Assembly: GCF_009914755.1 (NCBI RefSeq) | Contig: NC_060930.1 | Reading direction: 5' to 3' (one strand) | DNA length: 64,000 nucleotides | Source of the DNA: the human T2T-CHM13v2.0 reference genome, Homo sapiens | Shown here: positions 24,076-39,409 of the stretch, piece by piece | Numbering within the stretch: the stretch's first letter is position 1 | How the letters are laid out: every line of letters begins with the position of its first letter | Notes under the pieces: model-generated | The model's input: only the letters and a program-made list of their open reading frames with translations | What the model was told of the DNA's origin: nothing | The model's database searches: none | Translations under genes and position numbers: made by a program

Positions 24076-25069
24076 TTATTATTGTCACTAGGTAGAAGAT
24101 GAGGGACTAAAATGAGCATGTGCTAGTTACATTGATTTGTTTTCAGTGTCTACATGGGATTGGATATAGGTGTCAGAAGACACAATCGAATCGTAAAAGA
24201 AGAAGAAAAAAAGGAAATGATTTTCTGAAATCATTGTACATTTTAATGTGTTTAAAATGTTAAGTAGGAAGGATGTTTTTGTAAGAGACTATTCTGTAAG
24301 ATGTAACTTTAGGCAAAGTACAATTGCTTTTAATAATTTATGATAGGAGATTTAAATGTTCCAGTTAATATATCTCTTTTAGATAGTCACCTGGAAAGTA
24401 GCATTTTTATTCTAGAGATGCCTCCATTGACCACAATGTTTTTATGTCATCAATTTTTCTGTTTGTATTGTTTCGTTAGATTATGTCTTTTATGTTTCTT
24501 CGGTGTCAGGAAATTGTTTACTTTTAAATGCAATTCTGAATTTTGCGAGCTAAAAAACCAGCTGGAAACAAATAGAGTGAACAATATGGATTATGTATTT
24601 TTTTAGTTTTTAGTTTTTGGTCATGTGGCTTGGTTCTGATTTCAAGGAGTGGCTGAAAAATTAAGCAGGAAAGCAATTTTCAAGGAAGTTTAAAAAAACA
24701 TTTTGTGGTAGAATAGTTGGAATATGTCTTTAATATCAAAATGTAACAAACTGGAAGATACATAATAAATACCCCTTGTTTTGTTTTTAAAATAATAATT
24801 TCATTAATTTATATAGAAACAAACATCCTTTTATTCCTTTTTATTGAATATATACAATTTAAGTAACATTACTCATGGCAAAACGCTAATGGCCAAACCA
24901 GAACCCTAAATCCAGCAGCAAAAAAAATTCCACCTATGCACGTGCTTTTTCCTTTCTCACACAAACTTATACTTTATTGACATCGAAAAGATATAATCTT
25001 AAATTAGGATGGACTTATTATTTTTATATGCACAAAGTGTGGCAGCCTTTGCCTATGTCTAACATATTG

Positions 25070-25320
25070 GAAACATAGTTAATAGGAGAATGAGCCCTGG
25101 ACCAGAAGCCAGAACACCCAATTCCGGCCCTTGCTCTACACGTCTCAGAGTTATCAGGAGCAAGATGCTTAACCTCTTGATGCCTCAGTTTACTCATCTA
25201 TAAAACCTGGCTAACAATATATATCATCATTCCCTCCAAAAGTTGTCATAAAAATTAAATGTAGTTGTACATTTTGAAAGTCTGAAAAATGTAAAATACC
25301 AACCAAATGCTAGGTACTGC
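25070..25320 (+). mobile_element. MIR
   Basis: GCTTAACCTCTTGATGCCTCAGTTTACTCATCTATAAAA is the MIR core. Confidence 0.75.
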
Positions 25321-25947
25321 AATATATGTTCTTCATACCTGGGAAAAAAGAGTCCCAACTAACAAATGCATTTTATAAGCCCCTTTATTTCTAAAATTAA
25401 GTAGATGAATTATATCCCAGTTATTTTAGTTTGTTTTCTCTTTGTCATCACATGTGTAAAAAGTTGACCTGTTTTAACTGTAGTTAAAGATACAAAAAGC
25501 TCAGGTTTTTTGACACAGCCTTTTTGAATGTAGTAAAATGCAGAGGCCACTCACACTATCAAACCAATTCTGTAGGTTGAAATAGTGGTCTACACTAATT
25601 AGGTGTGTCAATGTAGAGAGAAAGTCTGTATGCTCTGAAGCCTATCTATTCATGGAGTATTATCTATTTTACCCACAAACAGGAATTTCCCCACAATGTA
25701 CTGTCATCACAGAGCAATTAAATATATGGTTTGCATACTTCTCAATGGTAAATATTTTGCCTGGTTCATAAGGTCGTATATCATGCATTTGTTTCTATTT
25801 CTGGCTAGAAGAGATGGATATAATAATTATATTCAATAAAACTGGAATGTAATCCCACCTATGGTAATTTTTTTTCAAAACACATACATATATATATATT
25901 TTCAGGAGAGTTATTTTATTAAAATAACAAAATTTAGAAATCAGTAA

Positions 25948-26254
<307 letters not shown>

Positions 26255-27599
26255 TCAAATTTATAGCCAGAAATTTGGGTTTTGGTTTGCTGTGCTTACC
26301 TGTCCTGAATTATAGTAGAAGCAAAATAAAATATTAGCATGTTTTAACCTATTTATTTGTTCTCTCAAAATAACATATTTTGAAGAACATCTATCACCCT
26401 GCTAACTAATGCTTAATTATTCATTAATAAAAATTCTTTATAACTTGAACTTTGTTGACTAATTATTCGGACTACGAAACTCCACCAAATATTCTCATTA
26501 ATGTAACTCATGTTTTGGATGTAATAAAAATAGTGAATTCTGTAATTATCCCAGGTGCTATTAACATTTGTTGAACATGCAGAGCAAGGGGACTACAGAC
26601 TTCTGCCAACACAAAGACAAGAGAAATTTGCTTTAGCAAATTTGCCTTCTATTTCTTTATTCAATCTGATTGAGTATGGTAGCAAGACAAAGACTTTTTT
26701 TCTGTTTCTGGTGAATTAATTGCATTGTTAGTGTTTCAGAACCATATGAAACAATTTCCCTTTAAATTAATATAAACGAGAAAATGTACCACAGTCTCTT
26801 TGTATCTTTTGTTGTTTCTCCTTTAGAGCCCAATGTTTCATGGCAGTCGAGTTTCTGGAATTATAAAAAGTATAAAATTATTTTAAAAACAGTAAAAAAG
26901 ATTGTGTATACAAAAATAATTCTTCTAAACCCATTAAAAATAGAATTACCTTTCTCTCAGAACTAATAAGCAAATAAAACTAGCTGAGATTACAATCACT
27001 CGATGTAAAAATTCTAATCTTACATGATTCGAAGACAAATATTTTTCCCAAAGGCATAACAATAAGCATATCCAAATGTTCTTTCCAGCAGAGAAGAATG
27101 AAATAAAGCTACACTCTATAAACTTCAGTGCACGATGTGTCAACTCAAGGATTAGTGTGTATTTCAGAAAATAATATTGAAATTCGTGTTTTTATTACTT
27201 AGAAAAATTCACTTCTGTAAGTCAAATTTATTCATATCTTTTTATTTGTTTACTAAACGCTAAAAGACTTCACATTAACATCATCACAAATATTTAGCCA
27301 AGAATGCCAGCTGTTGATTATGGGCCTATGACAGAGGACTTGGCATATTTCCAATCAGATGCTTCTACTGTATCCCAAACAGAGCATTTTAAAATACAGT
27401 GCTTCTCTGCTAACGGATGTTAAATTTTCAAATGAGCATATTTGGGAGAATGCATCTACGTATTGACACAAAACCACCAGACATGGGCATTGACATACAG
27501 CTGAGAGGCAAGGACATCTCCTAATGATATGGCACTGCCAAAAGCCAGAGAAGATGGGAGTCTCACACATACAAACTCTCATATATTCATGTCCAGAAC

Positions 27600-27800
27600 A
27601 GTGATAGCTCGTATTTCTCAGTATTTGCCCTGTCTAGCTAAGTGATTTATATTGACTAGCTCATTTAATCCTTTGAGGCAGGAACTATTCTTCTCACCAT
27701 TTTAGAGATGAAAAAACTGATGGCACAGAGATGTCACATTATTTGTCCAAGTTCCCAAAGCCATTTTAACTTCTAAGCCCACACTTTAAATCACTATGCT
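27600..27800 (-). mobile_element. MIR
   Basis: CCATTTTAGAGATGAAAAAACTGATGGCACAGAGA is the antisense MIR core. Confidence 0.75.
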
Positions 27801-28074
27801 ATGAAGTGCTATCTCACACACACTGGAATTCAGACACAGGGAAAAAAGATCCCAGTGAGACAATTGCAGCATCAGATTAGGCATATGGTACTTCGAGAGT
27901 GCCTTGTCTAGCATGAAGTCAGAAAACAAGTTGAGTGGCCTTTATCGCTCTGAGTCTTCCGTCTTTTGTTTAAGCATCACTGTGCCCAGAGTTGGCATTT
28001 ATCATATGGCTACATTTAACTAAATAAAAATATCATCCTTTTTCAACATATGAAAATCCCCAAACTTCAAAGTT

Positions 28075-28176
28075 GACTCCAAAATGTGCTTGTTTTTAAA
28101 AATTGGCACTCAAGTATTTAGGGATAAAGGCTCTTTATGTCGGCAACTTATTCTCAAACAAGTCAGAAAAATCACT

Positions 28177-28220
<44 letters not shown>

Positions 28221-28320
28221 GAAAATCTGATAAAATATTAATTTGGGAATCTAAATGAAAGTATAGGATAATTCTTTGTGCTGTATTTGTACTTTTTCTG
28301 TAAAGTCTAAAATTAAAAAG
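28075..28320 (+). mobile_element. L1MC/ME 3' end fragment containing a CA microsatellite
   Basis: …GGGAATCTAAATGAAAGTATAGGATAATTCTTTGTGCTGTATTTGTACTTTTTCTGTAAAGTCTAAAATT is a typical old-L1 terminus. Confidence 0.7.
28181..28218. repeat. (CA)19 microsatellite
   Basis: Perfect CA run. Confidence 0.97.
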
Positions 28321-29091
28321 CTGCCTGGAGATTCGAATAGTCAAAAAAAATTTATTGAGAAACAGCAATAGGAAAATTAAGGATACAAATATATCCAGAT
28401 TGGCATGTCCAAAATAAAACATTACTCATTTTTTTCCGGCACATGTAGAAGACTGCTTAACACCCCCTATCTTTTTTGCAATATAGACTAGAAGAGAAAT
28501 TAAGACCTAGATTATGTTTTCCTTTCTACCTAAGGCCTCTATTTCGGTTCTAGCTTTCTATTTGTGGGGTTTTTTCCCCTTCTAGGTCACACAATCTCCT
28601 TTCTACAAGACTGAGTTGCATTTGAAAGTTTTAACAGATAAACAAATTAGAATGCAATAAAATAGCCCTAATATCCACAAAAGAAATATAATAGATTCAC
28701 CTTTCTACATTGAGGCTAAAATTGAATTTCAAGGCATTAGGTGAATTAGTGTATAGCCAAAACTATCCTAGAATAACCTTTACATAGCCCATCAAGTAGG
28801 GGATCATTGTTTTGTATAGTAATGATTATGCACAGTAAATTTTGACAACCGCTAACCTGAACAAAAGGAACAAAATAAAAACTTACATGCAAATGTCTAA
28901 GCATTCAAATGATTTTGCTTTTAAGATAATTATCAAATCCTCAGCAGTATAAGGTGAGGAATAGGGGGGCAGTGAGAAGAAAATTTTAAGTGATTTTGCT
29001 TGATGTAAACTTTATTCCATTTGGTTTCATGTTAACATAATATATGTAAGTAGATTTGTTTGTCAGGGTTAAATAAGAGTACAGAGATAAA

Positions 29092-30773
29092 TTTTGCTTC
29101 CAGCCATGAGGAAGGAACTCACATCATGGTAGGCCTTCTGTCACAAGCCATTGTAAAAGAGGACAAAATGTGTGAAATCACTGCTTTTAGACATTCAGCA
29201 AAAGACACCACGTGACTATGATCCCTGAAAGAAGGGCAAAAACATGAGATGAGTCCTGTAATTGTACCAGCTTTCTGCCTGGTGTCACTTCCTAGGCTGT
29301 GGTTCAGAGATGGTGCCCAAACCAACACAGCGGTGCCACATAGCAGAGGAGACAGAGATTAGAATTCAGGGCCAGTGAGGTGACTGGAATTTGTATTGCA
29401 GGATCAAGAGAGAAGCGAGCTGAGCAGAGGAGGAGTTCCAAAAATCTGCATAGAGGTCCCTTTGAGTCTTTGAATAGCAAGCTGTTTATATTCAGATTGA
29501 AACTCTCTGAGGCAGGACAAAGTATAACTATTAGGAAGAGAACAAACACAGGAGAACTGTGAGTTGAGCTCTCAGAGCTAGACAGAGTGTGGAGATATTT
29601 GCATTCTGACTTGCCAAAGTGAAAGCACCTTACTAAACACTGTAGGTACAATATTGCTATAGTTTGGAGCTTTGTCCCCTCCAAACCTCATGTTAAAATT
29701 TGATCCTCAATGTTGGAGGTGGGGCCTAATGGGAAGTGTTTGGATCGTGGGGGCTGATCTCCACTAAATAGATTAATGCCTTCCCTGGGGGCAAGGTGAG
29801 TGAGTTCTAATTCTATTAGTTCCCTGTGAGAGCTGCTTATTAAAAAGAGCCTGGCACCTCCCTCCTCTCTCTCTCTCTCTTGCTTCCTCTCTCACCGTGT
29901 GATATCTGCACATGCCAGCTCCCCTTCACCTTCTGCCATTAATGGAAGCAGCCTGAGACTTTCATCAGATACTAAATCTTCCAGCCAGCAGAATTATGAT
30001 CCAAATAAACCTTTTTTCTTTACAAATACCTAGTTCCTAGTATTCATTTATAACAACACAAATGAACTAAGACAAGCGACACAAATGGACTAAGACAAGT
30101 AGAAACTCCACACAGGCCATACCTTAGAAGTAGGGCTAATCTAGTCCTACAAGAAAGGTTATTCTTGACCTACCTTAACAACAAGACTTGAAAGTATCAA
30201 GCTCATCTACAGGTAAGTTAACTGCCTATGGGAAAAAAACTTAACACTCTTATTAAGGAAGATGATAGAAATCCAGTCAACAATGAAGTATCCATAATGT
30301 TTAATGTATAATTTTAAAATGACCAGTCATGCAAAGAAGCAGGAAAACATGATCCATTGCCAGAATAATAGTCAGTCACTCAACAAGAACAGACCCAGAA
30401 ATGACACAGATAATGAAATTAATAGACTTGTCTTTAAAATAACTACTATAAAAATATTCAGGAATTTAAAGAGAGAAGACAACGAAAAATAGAAAATCTC
30501 AACTGGGAAACAAACTATAATAAGAAATACTAGAGATAACCAGAAATTTAAAATTCACCAAATAAGCTTATCAGCAGATTAAATACTGCAGAAAAAACTA
30601 TCAGTAAACTTGAAAATAGAGCAATTTGGAAATTACCCAAACTGAAGCACAGAAAGAAAAAACAGCTGAAAAATAGTAATGGATTATCAGTAACTTATGG
30701 TAGAATTGCAAGCAGATTTAAGAAGTTAAACAATGCCTAAGCAGGAATAACACAAAGAAGACCATACCAGGGC
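29092..30773 (+). mobile_element. Ancient L1M (L1ME-like) 5'UTR and ORF1 start, interrupted by MSTB
   Basis: 5' end is homologous to 6300-6470(-). ORF1-like HAKKQENMIH and CAGCAGATTAAATACTGCAGAAAAAACTATCAGTAAACTTGAAAATAGA. Confidence 0.75.
29655..30097 (+). mobile_element. MSTB-like MaLR solo LTR with duplicated 3' terminus
   Basis: TGCTATAGTTTGGA…CCTCCAAACCTCATGTT…AATAAAC…ACTAAGACA. Confidence 0.9.
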
Positions 30774-31419
30774 CTATTAATTAGGGTTCCATCAGGTAAG
30801 TGGAACGACTATAAGTGATGTACAGTCAGGGATTTATTTTGAGGATTAGACCTTAGGCAATTGTAGAAGCTTCTTAAGTGGTCTATATAAGGCTATCAAC
30901 TCTGTGCTAACATTAGGCCTGAAGTCAGCAAGGAAATATAGACATTAATTAAGGGGGATCCAAGAGTGAACCCTGAGGGAACTTGTGGGGGAAAAGTGAA
31001 ATCTATAAGGCAAAACTAGAACCCACGAGAACAAATAGGAACATGTATTTGTCCCACTCCCTCCAATCTTGATAATGTAAGTGAACTGAAAACAAAGCTG
31101 GCACTCTTCCCTGTGAAACTATACATGACTTGGCCTGGGATTCAAAGATCTAACAAAGTATTTCTGGTTAGAAAAACTAAGCCCAGGTTTTGCTCCCCAT
31201 TACCAGTGAGGTAAACCAGTAGATCAGTAACAGTATGCATGAGCTACAATAGTACCTCACCCCGTGCCAACCTTCACAGTGTTAAAGACCAGCTGTTACT
31301 TCACTTCTACCTTCCCAATCTCACACAAGTTTCTGTTGTGACCCATCATAAACTGGAATGATACAGTGAAAGGATTCCTGAGAAACATTCCAGTTTAGCT
31401 ATACTGAACTGTTGCCACA
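30774..31419 (-). mobile_element. ERVL-class 3' LTR (LTR52-like)
   Basis: Minus strand begins TGTGGCAAC immediately after the ERVL polypurine tract AGGGGGTGGAC (31420-31430); the opposite end TATTAATTAGGGTT resembles an ERVL LTR terminus. Confidence 0.65.
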
Positions 31420-33300
31420 GTCCACCCCCTTACAACTTGGCACTCCCATATACACCTTTCAACAATACTTAACTTCTAAATGAAGACAATAGTAAAATTA
31501 TCTTTTTACATAGCACAATACTGATATATACTAAAATACTGATATATAACTAAAAACATGCTAAAACTCTCTGAAAAGATGATACAAAATCCCTTTATTC
31601 AATTTTGGTTAATGTTTATTTTTCTTCTAATCGAATCACACTCCCCCTAAGATATATTATAACTTAAATACTGAAATATAAGCTCAGTTACTATTAATAC
31701 TTCCTATGTTATATGTTAGGGAGATGGAGGGAGGGAAAAGATAGTTGGATGGAGAAAAAAATGTATAAATATCTTCATATAAAAATAAGAAAGAAATTCT
31801 CAAATATTATGGTGTTCATTTCTGCAGCTGGTGACATGATTTCAGTTAATATTTGTTACTTCAGTCTTCTACTACCCACTCCTATTCCCTTTGTCTTCAG
31901 TAAGCACTTTGCCTGGTCATAATTCTTTGCCTAATGGGGTAAAACAAGCCTTCATCCCTGAAGTGAGATAAACTGCTAATGGCCCAGCCATTTGCAGTTT
32001 TGCTGTAGTTTTTCTTTGACTCTTATCACAGAGCATGGAAGTATTAAGATGTGTCCCAAGATATTTTGTGAATTACAAACACATTCCTCCTTACCACCAT
32101 AGTGCAGTCAAAACTTAATTTCCTCTTGATGGTCAAAATCAGTCATTGCAGTCAGTATAACCTCCCCTTCTCTGCCCATTGATTTACCACCATGAGAATC
32201 CCTAAGTGGTCATATGACAGCGTCAAATTTTCATGTAATAGAACCATTGCTATGTCCCCTGGTGGAAGCATTCCTCTCTTGAGAACTAAGACCTCTAGAC
32301 AAGATGAGCCAAGGTTGCATAGATAAGAAGCAATAATTTTGTTAGTAATGGATTAGGGGTAAGCAAGGAGATAAGCCATTCACTTTCATTTCCACTTCTT
32401 GATTCCCAGATCTGTGTAATGAGAGAAAAACACTACAAATTGGACACAGATTCAGAGCATATGCTCTATTTTGGATGACATTACTCAAGCCCTACAAAGT
32501 GTTGCCATGCATCTGGCACCATAATTTAGTCTTCAAAAGGCCATTCTATCAGGCCAGCTGCTTCAGAGTGATGGAGAACATAATAATACAAGTGACGTCC
32601 ATGTTCACAAGGCCATTGCTGCATTTTGTTAGCTGTAGAATGAGTTTCCTGGTTAGAAGCAATGCTGTGTGGAATATCATGTTGGTGAATAGGGCATTTT
32701 ATAAATCCACAGAGGGTGATTTTGGCAGAAGCATTGTAGGCAGAAAAGGCAAATGTATATCTAGAATGAGTTTCCATTGCAATGAGAACAAAGCATTCCC
32801 CCTTTTATGTTAGAAATAATTAACCTACTTGCTACCAAGTCACAAGCTGGTCCTCCTGGGGGCTCAGTATCCATCTCAGGTAGCAGGTTGGGCACTCAGC
32901 AGTGGCAGTTGTCAGATCAGCTTTGATGAGTGGAAGTGAACATTGCTTAGCCCATGCATAGCTTCCTTCGCTGCTGCCCATGACCACTTTGTTTATGAGC
33001 CAATCGGACAAAGATAGATGTAGCTGCAGAAACAAGTTCATTTATATCCATAGAATGGACCACTATGCCCACTTATTCATCTGAAGTGGCTCTTTGGTGA
33101 GCCTTGATATCGGACACAAATATCTTCATGATCTATGCCTGATGTGATCTATGCCAAGATTCACATACATCTTTCCAGACCTCATTATCACCAAGTCACC
33201 AGTCATGTTCCTTTTAATTGAGAATCATTCAGCCAAACTCTTAGCCACACCGTTTAAACTAGTGGATATCTGACCATATCTCTTCCTCCAGATAAAACTT
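31420..33300 (-). mobile_element. ERVL internal region remnant (3' part of pol), 5'-deleted
   Basis: PPT plus integrase-like translations (see next feature). Confidence 0.85.
32500..33041 (-). pseudogene. ERVL pol integrase remnant (zinc finger and DDE core)
   Basis: YAWAKQCSLPLIKADLTTATAECPTC is the zinc-finger half. ETHSRYTFAFSAYNASAKITLCGFIKCPIHQHDIPHSIASNQETH…HHSEAAGLIE matches ERVL DTYSGYGFAF…GIPHSIASDQGTHF…HPEAAGLIER. Confidence 0.88.
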
Positions 33301-33334
33301 TACCCAAGGATTACAACAGGCAAAAATATATTTT

Positions 33335-34597
<1,263 letters not shown>

Positions 34598-34599
34598 TC

Positions 34600-34903
34600 C
34601 GAGGCCCTGAACTGTGGGTTTCCATGTCTGTTTTTGCATTGCCCAATTTTAGCAAAAATTCTGTCAAATTTGTTTAACCAGAATCTCTCACCCTTCATAT
34701 CTGATCATTGTCAATATTTGACCAAATTCCTTATCTCCCACCACCTCCCAGATGATATCTGATTACTCTGCCCTGACTTCAGCAAGAATCCTGTTAAGCT
34801 GATTTAACCAGAATCCCTTCTTACTCCTCATGTTTCCTCTTAGTAATTTTCCATCCACTGCCCCAACTTGCTTCTTGTCTATAAATGCTCACTTGTCTTT
34901 GCT
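34600..34903 (+). mobile_element. MER31-like ERV1 LTR fragment (both ends missing)
   Basis: CTTCAGCAAGAATCCTGTTAAG…ATGTTTCCTCTTAGTAATTTTCCATCCACTG…CTATAAAT matches MER31. Confidence 0.8.
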
Positions 34904-34904
34904 G

Positions 34905-35164
34905 GACTTTCAGAGTCTGGAAGTCCAAGATCAAGTTGTGAGCAGGATTGGTTTAGGGGCTGGACATGGAGAATGTGCCAGTACAGTGGTCTCTGATGTC
35001 CCTTTTTATAAGGACACTAATCCTGTTTGATGAGAGCCTGTCACCATTATGACCTCGCTTAACCTTAATTTCTTCCTTAGAGGTCTCATCTCCAAACAAC
35101 CACACAGGGGATTAGGGCTTCAACATATGAATTTTGGGGAGATACAAACATTTTGTCCATAGCA
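34905..35164 (-). mobile_element. MLT1A-like MaLR LTR, partial
   Basis: TTAGGGCTTCAACATATGAATTTTGGGGGAGATACAAACATTTTGTCCATAGCA is the antisense MLT1A 5' end. Confidence 0.85.
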
Positions 35165-36397
35165 GTCATAAAAATGTCAGTTTGGATTAACTCTAAAATA
35201 AATAATGCATTGTTTTACTTAGTAAGAAAGAACCAATCTCTGATTCTCAAAGCTTGGGTTCTCATCAGCAACCGAGGCCATTGAGTCAAATAGAAATAAT
35301 TACACATTCAAGATGTTATCTAAATATGATACAAATTGAATATTAGCGTAACCTACTGACAGAAGCTTGCCTTGTTAACAGTACTTACTTACAAAAAAAA
35401 AATTTGAGTGTCTTCTATGCAATACCCAATATATTAGGAACTGTTATTAAATGAGGTATAATGATATGATAACAACAAGCCATATGGTTACAGACATACT
35501 TCACTAGCTGTTCTGCAGGATGAGCATGAACAGTAGCGTTGTATAAACAATTTAGCATTGCCAAAATGAAGTAGTGATTTGAAGTGATTGTATGGATATA
35601 TCAAAATAAAACTTGCTAAATGGAGTAAGACAGGTTTTAGCATGAATTAACGACATAATTATTTCAGCTTATACTTTAGCTACCAAGTCCTGGCATAGGT
35701 GTAATAGGATAGAGTGCTAGGAAGCACAAGCCTCTAAAAGTGAGAACTCAGATGTTCAAACACAGAAACCCAACAAGCCTGAAAAATATTGCCCTACGAG
35801 AAATTAGAACTCCAAAGAGTTGCTTTCCAAAGTTAAAATTTCTGTGGTACAACATTTTCATTCTCATGAAAATGATAACTTCTTAGAATGGATACCAAAA
35901 AATAGCAACTGGGCACAGCTGGATGGCTGCCTGGTCTTTAGTGCAAGAGTCCTGATGTTTTTCAGACAAGAGGCCAGTTGTTATTGAGTTTCAGAGAGAA
36001 AGAATTATTTAGTGCAGGTATACTCCTTACCCATTTGTGTATATGCACGTTTTATGTATAGCTCTGTTCTATAACTGAGAGCTTATGACAGAGAGTCATA
36101 AGTCTCTTGAAGAAGCAGGAAGAAGAAATGATAAAAGGGAAGCCAAGGAAAGCCCTGCCTGACAAATAGAACACCTGTCAGGTCAACGTTCCATGGGATC
36201 TAACAGTACACACTGGTGCAGGCCCAATTAGCTAGGCAAATGATTTAGGTATTAAAGGGACATAAGTCATGAGAACAGAGTGTTGGTCAAAGTCAAGTTT
36301 AAAAAGTGAGACTTTCCTTCACTAATGAAATATTTCCTAATAAATTTCCTAATAAAATATTTCCTAATGAAAAAGGTAAAGGGTATTAAGAATCTTT

Positions 36398-36715
<318 letters not shown>

Positions 36716-37654
36716 AAGAATCTTTTCAAACTGATACCCGTTACAAGGAATTTTAACCACTTGGACTGCCAGTCTGATAAAACTTCTGTAACAGCACTAG
36801 CATGTGAATTTTTGTTTGTTTTTTAAACAGAGCTTTAGTTACGTAGATCTGAAGGAACGAGATCTGTAGAAAAGCCATTTGATCCAGCACTCAAATAACA
36901 GTTCTTGACGGAAAGAATGAAGTTCTAAACTATAATTATTAGCCAAAATGTCATTATACATTTTAAAAATCCCATCTTTCCAGACAAAATAGTTGGAAAA
37001 AAAGAAATGAATCCAATAAAGCATTGTCTCTAAAAAATTCATTGGTACTGCTAGCATGATTTTTAACATAATTCATTTAAGATTTTATAATAGGTAAACT
37101 GGACATAGGAATGCTGCCATGTTTATAGGCCGCTCAATAGGAAAGATGAAACTCATCAACAAAGGCAGACATATTGCAGCCACCTAACCTTGTCTGCCAC
37201 ATAATAGTTTCCCTATAAAGATTTGTTGATGCATTGACTGCTTGGTTTAAAGGCCCTAATAGTACAGCATTAATTTCTTATGAAGTACTTTCTAATATCT
37301 TGCATTTAAGTTTTAAGTGTAACCTTTGCTATATTATGGGACTGACTCTTTTATTGCATTAAAACTAACGGATGCATATTGAGTAATTAGCTTTGCCTTT
37401 CTTTCTATACTTTCTCTTAAATCTTTATAAGGGATAGCACGGGAACTATATTTTTATCTCCAAGTTTGCCTCCAAGTCCAGCTGTGTAGTGAAAGGGCAG
37501 CAGGAAACTTCATGAAGTATGCCTTCAGCTCAGAGTCAGAACCCGCATTCAGAACTTTGCTGGGGATGAGAGAAAGGTCAAACCTGTGGGTTAAAAGAGA
37601 AAGAGAGAGAGATGAGAAATTTACAGATTTTTATGAAGAAAGCTACAATAATTT

Positions 37655-37815
37655 GTGCTCTGGACACAGACGGACTTGGGTTAGGGTCCTGGCTGTACCA
37701 CTTAACCTACATAGGCTTAGTTTCTATATTAATAAAGCAGGGCTGATGGTGAATATAAAGATTTTAAAGGCTCTAGAATATAGCAGGCACTCAAAAAATG
37801 TTACAGTTATTATTC
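37655..37815 (+). mobile_element. MIR fragment
   Basis: GACAGACGGACTTGGGTT…CACTTAACCT…AGTTTC… and 3' GCACTCAAAAAATGTTAC. Confidence 0.55.
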
Positions 37816-38744
37816 CAAAGAACATTTGGTGACATAAAAACATGAGGATAAATATCATCCAGGAAAAATGGAAGATTCTGCGTAGGTGATAGTCCAAACA
37901 CCATTCAGAAAGCCAGTGCATGGGCAAATTGCTTTGGAGCCACAAAAAGCTAGGAATTAATGACGTCTTGGGCTTCAAGGAAATAGTGGGGAGCTGATCT
38001 CCCACAGGTGTGGGAGCCTATCCAAACTCTCTGTTTTCCTCCGTGTCCTCTGACTGATGCCCAAATCCAACCTGGATGACTTGTCACACCTGTGACACTA
38101 GCACCCACCCAACTCTGATACTCACCAGTTTAGCAAGGCCCTCTTCCATGTTCAGGTACCTAAACTCCAGACCCCTTGGGACACACTGACTTATACTTTG
38201 GGGCACTTTGTCCCACTGGAAGAATATGGGAGTAGGGAGAATAGAGAACAATGGTAAGAGAAGCTTACTCTCCCAGCCTCATCATCTCCGGCTTTCTCTA
38301 TCACTGAACCCTTTCCTCATAGACTCTCCAGGTCTCATGAGCTTGATTAGGCGACTCATGAAAAATTCTCATTACTGAAGCCTGAGATTTCTCCTTTGCC
38401 TGCCAGTCACCCTCTGTCTCTCCAGAGTCAGAACGTTTGCAATTTCCATCTCAATGATTATTTTAACAAGTGAATTAGGTTTGTTGCCCACTCTGTAGAT
38501 TTAGGAAGGACCCTTATCTATGAGTGATTTCGGTCTCACATCCCAAAAGTCCACATTTCTACTTCAGCAGGCCACATCATGTTTGTTCCATGGTTCAGAA
38601 TATCTGAACTTTTAGTTTAGAACTGGCTGGTGGGGACCTGGAGTTCATGCAGGCAGTCTGCTCTGGAGTCTGCGTCCTTATTCCCATTCTAGTCCACATC
38701 CCTCTAACTAGAGTGGATGGGGAGGGGAGAGGAATGGAACAAAA

Positions 38745-39100
38745 AAGGTAGGTTAAAGTTGGATTGAATAGAATCTTGAAAGCTAAACCAAAGAATTAGA
38801 ATCTTACTATGTAGGCAGTCGGAATTCAGAGAGATTAAACAAAGTGGTTTTTGAGGAATAGTAATTGGTTGGCAGAACACAGGATTGAATAGAATAAGGA
38901 AGATATTAAAAGATTAAGAGACTGTTTAGAAGGTATTACATTAATCTAGGTTTAACAAGATGAAAACTCAGCCTAGGAGGTAACATTGGGAACTAAAAAG
39001 AAGTGATGGGCATGAGCCAGTTAACATCAGCATGACCTGGTGGGTGATTGGAGTGGAGAGTAAAAGCGATAAGTCTGGTTTTAAGAGTAGATGATGAGGA
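38745..39100 (-). mobile_element. L2 internal fragment
   Basis: Purine-rich degenerate L2 antisense pattern (…GAGACTGTTTAGAAGGTATTACATTAATCTAGG…). Confidence 0.55.
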
Positions 39101-39409
39101 GATCTAATTACATACACACACCCATAACTAAGGAGTTGTATCTGATAAATTATTTAATCTGAACCTAAATATTTTTATTCCTTAATTTAAACCTCCTCCC
39201 TTTTTTATCTTCAGCTTAAACATTGCTGTTTAAATCCTCCTTAACACTTTACGCTTAAGACTAAATGATCCTGATATTGTTTTTTCTCATTCCTCCACTT
39301 CTTAAATACATATATATATATATGCTAATTAATGGGCAGAGTTGGTATGCATGTACTGTCTATATCTCTATAGGTGAAAGCAAAAAACGGATTCTGGAGA
39401 TAAAAATAA

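Noticed and set aside
26290-26960. Isolated minus-strand splice donors (CAG|GTAAGC near 26300; AAG|GTAATT near 26950)
   Set aside because: No convincing matching acceptor or open frame; expected by chance.
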